64,000 nt of DNA from assembly GCA_017557605.1 (NCBI GenBank), contig JAFYYJ010000117.1, forward strand, positions 9,366 to 73,365, read 5' to 3'. The notes under the pieces were generated by a model. It saw nothing but the letters and a program-made list of their open reading frames with translations, was not told the DNA's origin and made no database searches. Below are positions 58,152-64,000 of this stretch, piece after piece; position 1 is the first letter of the stretch; each line of letters starts with the position of its first letter. Origin of the DNA: Salinivirgaceae bacterium. Its GTDB lineage: Bacteria > Bacteroidota > Bacteroidia > Bacteroidales > SZUA-534. Position numbers and translations under genes: made by a program.

Positions 58152-58979
58152 ATGGTAGATAATATAGGAATAGTAGATACAAGGAACATTATCAGTGCCA
58201 TAGCTGAGAAATTTGGCATCGACATGTCCGACTATGCCTCTACCATACTGCGTAGAAGGCTGGTTCACACAATAAACGCATACACTTGCCACTCGGCCGA
58301 CGATTTCATCGACAAGGTGAAACGTGGCGCAATCGATGTCGACGACTTCCTTTATGAAATGGCAGTTGAAACGACCGAGATTTTCCGCGACCCGTCGCTG
58401 TGGCGCGAGCTGCGCGACCGCTACCTGCCCGAAGTTTGCCGCACCCCCGACTGCCAGATTTGGATGCCGGGAATAACAACAGGCGACGAACTATACACAC
58501 TGGAGATAGTGCTTGCAGAATCGGGATTGCAAAACAAGGCCAAAGTGGTTGCCGGATGCCCGTCGAACAAGCACATCGAAAACATCAAGGACGGCGGACT
58601 GTACGACCCGAAGAAAATCGAGGTTAGCGAGGCCAACTACACACGCTACGTGGGCAAGTCGCAGTTCAACTCGTACTACACCATGGTCGACAATCACGCC
58701 AAAATGAAGAACGAGCTGCTGGCAAACGCCACAATATATCAGAAAGACATATTGAAAACCGAAGCCAACAAGCAATACCGGATGATTATCTACCGCAACA
58801 CTCTGCTGCAATTCAACATACCGCTCTACGAGAAGGTCATCCGCAAGCTGACAGAAAGCCTTGCCATTGGCGGATATCTGATTATCGGCAACATGGAGAC
58901 GCTGGAATATTCAGAGACCGGTAAGAAGATGCAAGTTGTTAACGAGAATGAGAAAATTTATAAAAAACGAATAGACTGA
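58152..58979 (+). CDS. CheR-like paralog with degenerate SAM-binding motifs
   Basis: 275 aa, collinear with the preceding CheR (TEIFRDPSLWRELR). The motifs read IWMPGITTGDELYTLEIVL, VVAGCPSNKHIENIKDGGLY and IIYRNTLLQF. Confidence 0.75.
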   Translation: MVDNIGIVDTRNIISAIAEKFGIDMSDYASTILRRRLVHTINAYTCHSADDFIDKVKRGAIDVDDFLYEMAVETTEIFRDPSLWRELRDRYLPEVCRTPDCQIWMPGITTGDELYTLEIVLAESGLQNKAKVVAGCPSNKHIENIKDGGLYDPKKIEVSEANYTRYVGKSQFNSYYTMVDNHAKMKNELLANATIYQKDILKTEANKQYRMIIYRNTLLQFNIPLYEKVIRKLTESLAIGGYLIIGNMETLEYSETGKKMQVVNENEKIYKKRID

Positions 58980-59542
58980 TGAGCGATTACAAAGCCATAA
59001 TGATAGGAGGTTCGGCGGGCAGCTTTCAGGTTGTTTCGCATATAATTGCCGCGCTGCCGGCAAATTATCCGCTGCCAATACTTATGTGTCTGCACCGGCT
59101 CAAACACATACGCTCAGGCTTTGTCGAGGCCCTGTCGATTAAATCGAAACTGCCGATAATCGAGCCTCATGACAAGGAGCCGCTCAAACCGGGCCGCATC
59201 TATCTGGCTCCGGCCAACTATCACATGTACATCGAGCTTGGCAACCGCTTTGCACTGTCGACAGAAGATGTCATCAACCACTCGCGTCCGTCTATCGACC
59301 TGTCGTTCTTCTCCGCCTCGTACAATTTCAAGAAGAAACTTGTGGGCATCATCCTGAGCGGAGCCAACAAAGACGGAGCAATGGGACTCAAGAGCGTGAC
59401 CGACAACGGCGGACTGACAATTGTCCAAGACCCGAAAGAGTGCCAGGTGCCGACAATGACACAGGCCTCGCTCAACGCAACAAAAGTGGATTATGTGTTC
59501 AGCACAAAACAGATTATAGATTTTTTACTTAAATTAGCCTAA
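58979..59542 (+). CDS. stand-alone CheB-type protein-glutamate methylesterase domain (no receiver domain)
   Basis: 187 aa with IGGSAGSFQ (Ser), MCLHRLKH (His) and ILSGANKDGAMGL (Asp) at CheB catalytic-triad positions, plus IYLAPANYHM. The start overlaps the previous stop (TGATG). Confidence 0.85.
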   Translation: MSDYKAIMIGGSAGSFQVVSHIIAALPANYPLPILMCLHRLKHIRSGFVEALSIKSKLPIIEPHDKEPLKPGRIYLAPANYHMYIELGNRFALSTEDVINHSRPSIDLSFFSASYNFKKKLVGIILSGANKDGAMGLKSVTDNGGLTIVQDPKECQVPTMTQASLNATKVDYVFSTKQIIDFLLKLA

Positions 59543-59545
59543 TCT

Positions 59546-60298
59546 ATGAACGAGTTGCTCAAATACAGAAAAGGGATTATCAGGCTGACCATTATATTAA
59601 TATTGGTAGAGGTTGCCGCCGTCGGCCTTCTGCTTGCGGCCTCCCCAAGTTTCGAACGCGGATACATCTCGCTTATCCTGTTGATTGTCATTCTTGTACA
59701 GATACTGCTGACCGCACGGCTCGGCATGGCCGGCAACAAGACTGCAGTAATCTTGATACAAGAGGAACAGGAGCGCGCTATGGCCGCATCCGATGAGCAA
59801 CAGATTGAGCATGCCGCACAAAGCGCTAACGACATTGTCGAGACAAAATTCGACATCAACGACATCACCAAGCTGATAAAAAAAGCCGACAACTGGAAAG
59901 ATTATGGCGACTCAATTCTATACTCACTGTCGAAACAGATAGACATTGCCGTGGGCATGGTTTACCAATACGCCAACGAGGAGTTCTACGCAGCCGCCAC
60001 ATTCGCCTACTACAACGACGAGGCACCCCGCAACTTCAAGATTGGCGAAGGCATATCGGGACAGGTTGCCAAAGACAAAAAAGCCATGTTCCTGAACGAC
60101 TTACCGAGCAAAAGTCTGATGATAGTTTCGGGTCTGGGACAGATTGAAGTGAACAATTTAGCAATTATTCCAATTTTAAAGGATGATAATGTACTTGGAT
60201 TAATAGAAATAGCTACCTTTAAGCCCTTTGATAATTGGTTTATAAACAAGATAGACGAAATTTCAAACGCTATAGGTGGCATGGCACCAGCACTATAA
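59546..60298 (+). CDS. two-TM membrane protein with a Q/E/A-rich juxtamembrane linker and a cytoplasmic GAF domain
   Basis: 250 aa with two hydrophobic helices (residues about 11-32 and 41-60). The GAF-like C-terminus (FKIGEGISGQVAKDKKAMFLNDLP...LAIIPILKDDNVLGLIEIATF) is paralogous to the GAF domain of the next gene. Confidence 0.75.
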   Translation: MNELLKYRKGIIRLTIILILVEVAAVGLLLAASPSFERGYISLILLIVILVQILLTARLGMAGNKTAVILIQEEQERAMAASDEQQIEHAAQSANDIVETKFDINDITKLIKKADNWKDYGDSILYSLSKQIDIAVGMVYQYANEEFYAAATFAYYNDEAPRNFKIGEGISGQVAKDKKAMFLNDLPSKSLMIVSGLGQIEVNNLAIIPILKDDNVLGLIEIATFKPFDNWFINKIDEISNAIGGMAPAL

Positions 60299-60310
60299 TA
60301 CGGAAGCGAA

Positions 60311-62938
60311 ATGGATACATTTATTGAAAAAATAAAGAAATTGTTCGTTTACAAGGTCGGCGAGAAAATCAACTACACTCCCGCCCTTATAAGCGTTGGT
60401 GTCGTTCTGCTCATCTTATCGTGGGTGCTGGGATTCATGAAAGCCGACGCCACAGTATCGCTGAGCGGACTGGCCGAATTGCACAAAAACGCTCCGTCGT
60501 ACTATCTGATTGACCTTCTGCCGATAATACTTGGCATTTTGGGCTACGCCTTCACCAGCTCGCATCAGGAGACAATACAACAGCTCGAAGACCAGATTAC
60601 ACAAAAAGACAGCGTCATAAACAAAAACGCGCACTTTGCAAAGAAAATCGGTGAGGGTGACTTCTCGGCAAACGACGAGGAGATTGACGACAACGACATT
60701 CTTGGTCACTCGCTGAAAAAGATGCGCGAGAACCTTGCAATGACCAACGAGAAAGAAAAGGAGCTCAACTGGATAGCCAAAGGAAAGGATAACATATCGA
60801 ACATCCTCCGTTTGCAGAACGACCTTGGCAATCTGTCTTACCTGACACTTGTTGAACTGATTAAATACATCGATGTTATCCAGGGTGCGTTCTACATCTA
60901 CAACGAAACCGACAACACTTTGGAGAACACGGCCACTTACGCCTACAACCGCCGCAAATATCTCGATACAAAGTTCCAGATTGGCGAAGGCCTTGTTGGT
61001 CAGTGCGCCTACGAAATGGATGTGATATTCCGCCGCGAGATACCGGAAGATTTCATCACCATTACCAGCGGCATATTGGGCGACCAAAAACCAACATCGT
61101 TGCTGCTTGTTCCGCTCATCACCGATGAGAAACTGCAAGGCGTGCTCGAATTCGCATCGTTGAAAGACGATATCAACGAACTGAAAATCAGATTCATCAA
61201 AGAACTTAGCGACATTATAGCTCGCACAATCTTCAACCTGAAAGTCAACACTCGGACTGAGAAACTGCTGAAAGACGCGCAGGAGATGACCGAGGAACTT
61301 CAGGAGAATGAGGAGCAACTGCGCCAGAACGCCGAGGAGATGCGCGCAACACATGAGGAACTGGAGAAAACCAACTCGAACCTGCAGACACAAATCCGCG
61401 AGGTTGAGAATGCGCAGAAACGTCAGCACGCATTGTTGGAGAACGCATCCGAAATCATCTCGATTTACGACGAGGAGATGAAGCTGAAATACATAAGTCC
61501 TTCAGTAACAAACATCTATGGTTACACCATACAGGAGATGATTGAAGGCAAAGACCTTGACCGACTGACCGCTAAAGACGCCAAAGAATATACCGAAACA
61601 TTCGGCAAACTGGCCGAGAAAGCCAATTCGTCGGCAACCATACAATACACCTACATGCGTAAGGACGGCCAGAAAATCTACATCGAATCAACTGGCCGCA
61701 ACCTGCTCGATGACCCTGCAATCAACGGTATCATCATCAACTCGCGCGATATTACCGAACGCAAACGCGCCGAGAAAGAGGAGCGCATGAAGAGTAAGAT
61801 GCAGTCGCTGTCGGAGAATTCACTCGATATGATTCTTCGTATCGGCACCAACGGACAGTTCTTCTACGCCAACCCAATGGTGAAGACATTCACCGAGAAC
61901 GAACCGAGCGAGCTGATAAATAAAAACTTAAGCGAAGCCAAATTCAACGAGACAATCAAGAATTTCTTTGTTGAAGCTGTCAAAACCGTCAACTCGACAA
62001 AAGAGAAACACGACGCCGAGGTTACATTCCCGACACACTTTGGCGACCGAATAATGCAGGTGAACGCCATTCCTGAGTTCAGCGACGACGGCAAAGAACT
62101 GGAAACCATTCTGTTTGTCGCACACGACATCACCGAGCAGAAAATGGTTGAAATGGAGATTCAGGAGAAGAACAAGGCCATTACCGAAAGTATCAACTAC
62201 GCAAAACGCATACAAACAGCCATACTTCCGAACACGAAATTTGTGCAGGAATTCCTGCCCAACTCGTTCATCTTCTACCGTCCGAAGGATGTGGTCAGCG
62301 GTGACTTCCCGTGGTTCTTCAAAAAAGGCGACGACATCTTCATTGCTGCCGTCGATTGCACTGGCCACGGCGTTCCTGGCGCGTTGCTGTCGTTCATCGG
62401 CTACTTCACGCTGAACAATGTTGTCGACCACTACGACAACCTGAATGCCGGCGAGGTTCTTGACAAGCTGCACGAAGGCGTGCGCACCACTTTGAAACAG
62501 GACCGCATCGACACCGACGCACGCGACGGTATGGACATTGCACTGTGCAAAATAAACTTGCAGAAAAATATACTTGAATTTGCAGGTGCTCACAGACCTC
62601 TTTATTTACTGAGAGGCAACGAGTTAACTCAATACAAAGGCAGTCACAAGGCCATTGGTGGCATACCATTAGGCAAAAAACCTGAAGCGGATTTTGAAAA
62701 TCATTTAATAAATTTGCAAGCTAAAGACAGAGTATTCTTCTTCTCTGACGGCCTGCCAGACCAAGTTAGCGGCGAGACGGGCAGAAAATATCAGGCGAGC
62801 AGAATACGCGACTTGCTTGTTGAGCACTATGACGTAGAGATTTTCGATTATGAGAACATAATCTACGAAGACTTTATGGCATATAAAGGTGATTACAAGC
62901 AAGTTGACGACATACTATTAATTGGAATTGAATTTTAA
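60311..62938 (+). CDS. 2-TM HAMP-GAF-coiled coil-PAS-PAS-PP2C (SpoIIE family) Ser/Thr phosphatase, SiaA-like
   Basis: 875 aa with two TM helices. HAMP-like segment: AKKIGEGDFSAN...DILGHSLKKMRENL. GAF: FQIGEGLVGQCAYEMD...LLLVPLITDEKLQGVLEFAS. E/Q-rich coiled coil. Two PAS-like modules (ISIYDEEMKLKYISPSVTNIYGYT and ILRIGTNGQFFYANP). PP2C motifs: VSGDFPWFF, VDCTGHGVPGA, FSDGLPDQ, VDDILLIGIEF. Confidence 0.85.
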   Translation: MDTFIEKIKKLFVYKVGEKINYTPALISVGVVLLILSWVLGFMKADATVSLSGLAELHKNAPSYYLIDLLPIILGILGYAFTSSHQETIQQLEDQITQKDSVINKNAHFAKKIGEGDFSANDEEIDDNDILGHSLKKMRENLAMTNEKEKELNWIAKGKDNISNILRLQNDLGNLSYLTLVELIKYIDVIQGAFYIYNETDNTLENTATYAYNRRKYLDTKFQIGEGLVGQCAYEMDVIFRREIPEDFITITSGILGDQKPTSLLLVPLITDEKLQGVLEFASLKDDINELKIRFIKELSDIIARTIFNLKVNTRTEKLLKDAQEMTEELQENEEQLRQNAEEMRATHEELEKTNSNLQTQIREVENAQKRQHALLENASEIISIYDEEMKLKYISPSVTNIYGYTIQEMIEGKDLDRLTAKDAKEYTETFGKLAEKANSSATIQYTYMRKDGQKIYIESTGRNLLDDPAINGIIINSRDITERKRAEKEERMKSKMQSLSENSLDMILRIGTNGQFFYANPMVKTFTENEPSELINKNLSEAKFNETIKNFFVEAVKTVNSTKEKHDAEVTFPTHFGDRIMQVNAIPEFSDDGKELETILFVAHDITEQKMVEMEIQEKNKAITESINYAKRIQTAILPNTKFVQEFLPNSFIFYRPKDVVSGDFPWFFKKGDDIFIAAVDCTGHGVPGALLSFIGYFTLNNVVDHYDNLNAGEVLDKLHEGVRTTLKQDRIDTDARDGMDIALCKINLQKNILEFAGAHRPLYLLRGNELTQYKGSHKAIGGIPLGKKPEADFENHLINLQAKDRVFFFSDGLPDQVSGETGRKYQASRIRDLLVEHYDVEIFDYENIIYEDFMAYKGDYKQVDDILLIGIEF

Positions 62939-62957
62939 CTAAAAAAGATATACAGCT

Positions 62958-63533
62958 ATGGATGGAAATACCTTTTTAGAATTTGTCTATAGTTTTAACG
63001 ATTCGATGGAAAGCAATGATGTGAAACTCGTTTACAAAGGCGAGATAACGCATCAGGTTACAAAAGCTTTCACCTCGCTTACCGAGACCAACATGATGGT
63101 CGACGAAGAGCCTAACTCGGTGCAGAAGAAGGTTTTCCATGTGATTGTGGAGTTCCTTCAGAACATAAGCAAGCATGCTGACCACTTACCGGAAGAGGCT
63201 GAAAAAGAGGAAGGAAGCGGGGTATTTCTGCTATGCCGCAACGACAGCAACTACATTATAACAACCGGAAACGTGCTGCAAAAAAGCAAAGAGCCTGTTA
63301 TCAGCGAAATATTAGACCGCATCAACGTGCTGGACAAAGACGGGCTGAAGGAGTTGTACAAACAGCAAATAAAAGAAGGTAAGCTGTCGGACAAAGGCGG
63401 AGCCGGACTGGGATTCATTGATATTGCCAAGAAGACTGGTAATCCACTGAATTACAAATTTATACCTATCGCCGATGATTATTCATTCTTTATGATATCA
63501 TCAACTATTTCAAGAACTCAAAATTTCGAATAA
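62958..63533 (+). CDS. SiaB-type GHKL protein kinase (partner-switch kinase)
   Basis: 191 aa. The pattern LVYKGEITHQV...VFHVIVEFLQNISKHAD...YIITTGNV...LKELYKQQIKEG...KGGAGLGFIDIAKKTGNPL closely parallels Pseudomonas SiaB-family kinases as I recall them. Confidence 0.8.
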   Translation: MDGNTFLEFVYSFNDSMESNDVKLVYKGEITHQVTKAFTSLTETNMMVDEEPNSVQKKVFHVIVEFLQNISKHADHLPEEAEKEEGSGVFLLCRNDSNYIITTGNVLQKSKEPVISEILDRINVLDKDGLKELYKQQIKEGKLSDKGGAGLGFIDIAKKTGNPLNYKFIPIADDYSFFMISSTISRTQNFE

Positions 63534-63551
63534 ACATAATTCTTATTTACT

Positions 63552-63935
63552 ATGGAGGTTATTAAAATTGTTGGAACAGACGACACCCCGAGTGTAACTT
63601 TAGATGTTGCAAATGAGATATTTGAAATATCAGGGCGCTCATTGCCTGAAGATGTTGCAGTATTCTATGAACCAATTCTCGACTGGATTGACCGCTACTC
63701 GGAAGAAGCAACCGGAAAAACCATATTCAATTTCAAACTGGTTTACTTCAACACCGCCTCGTCGAAAATGATTCTCGACATCCTTCTGAAACTGGAAGAG
63801 ATGCACGAAGCAGGAAAAGATGTGCTTATCAGATGGCACTATCCTGAAGACGACGAAGATATGGAAGAGGCAGGCGAAGAATATGCTGACATTGTTGATG
63901 TTCCGTTCGAACAGATAAGCTATTCGCTGGATTAA
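63552..63935 (+). CDS. SiaC-type regulatory phosphoprotein (DUF1987)
   Basis: 127 aa. The sequence IVGTDDTPSVTLDVANEIFEISGRSLPEDVAVFYEPILDWI...FNFKLVYFNTASSKMILDILLKLEE...IRWHYPEDDEDMEEAGEEY is the DUF1987 pattern, including the Thr in the YFNT(A/S)SSK motif. Confidence 0.8.
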   Translation: MEVIKIVGTDDTPSVTLDVANEIFEISGRSLPEDVAVFYEPILDWIDRYSEEATGKTIFNFKLVYFNTASSKMILDILLKLEEMHEAGKDVLIRWHYPEDDEDMEEAGEEYADIVDVPFEQISYSLD

Positions 63936-63966
63936 TCAGAAAATCAGCAAGAAAACAGTACTGTAG

Positions 63967-64000
63967 ATGAGTGAAGAGATTCTAAAAGCCTTAATGCAAC
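63967..64000 (+). CDS. 5' end of the next co-directional ORF (MSEEILKALMQ...), truncated by the window end; possible output gene of the operon
   Basis: An ATG lies 31 nt after the SiaC-like stop and the frame is open to the window end. Only 11 codons are visible, so no function can be called. Confidence 0.3.
   Translation, partial: MSEEILKALMQ

Noticed and set aside
1-64000. I searched for mobile elements, prophage remnants, toxin-antitoxin pairs, restriction-modification genes, CRISPR-Cas and other defence islands.
   Set aside because: No transposase, integrase, recombinase, phage structural, nuclease/helicase defence-type or cas-like ORF was recognisable in any frame. The only repeats are the coding tandem repeats and the short intergenic tracts reported above.

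Overview
This window looks like a Bacteroidales-type chromosome segment. Supporting signs are TAnnTTTG -7 promoter boxes, G-poor leaders without Shine-Dalgarno sequences, T9SS C-terminal sorting domains, and BspA-type LRR and FISUMP/DUF1566-like surface proteins. I call about 50 protein genes and one tRNA-Gln. I see no rRNA, CRISPR array, transposase, integrase, prophage or recognisable defence system.

The housekeeping backbone comprises a DUF1538 membrane protein, an ABC-F ATPase, tadA, menD-menB-(CDF transporter)-menC-menE, yidD, a PorZ-like T9SS protein, recO, a polyprenyl glycosylphosphotransferase, a CoA-transferase, an MltF-like transglycosylase, a TsaC/YrdC-family gene, upp, pnp-rpsO, gpmI, a serpin, an Xaa-Pro aminopeptidase and a SemiSWEET.

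The best candidate for an undescribed system is a tight seven-gene operon at 57307-63935, which continues past the window end. It encodes CheR, a degenerate CheR paralog, a receiver-less CheB, a 2-TM GAF protein, a HAMP-GAF-PAS-PAS-PP2C (SpoIIE) phosphatase, a SiaB-type kinase and a SiaC/DUF1987 phosphoprotein. This couples a chemotaxis-type methylation/demethylation module to a Ser/Thr partner switch. No MCP, CheA, CheW or CheY is visible anywhere in the 64 kb.

Other notable items:
- Two tandem TPR-TM-PP2C receptor phosphatases have no cognate kinase or antagonist beside them.
- Two divergent giant surface-protein paralogs have a normal-GC repeat stalk and low-GC C-terminal cassettes. One of them is split by a 1-nt frameshift and carries near-identical 117-nt tandem repeats.
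- A recurrent family of intergenic tracts of 30-76 nt completely lacks C, or G on the other strand.
- A KBL/AONS-family homolog lacks the PLP-binding lysine.
- A Tat-signal aldo/keto reductase is fused to Fe-S and DUF1893 modules.
- A Lys-P1 inhibitory-type serpin is translationally coupled to the aminopeptidase.
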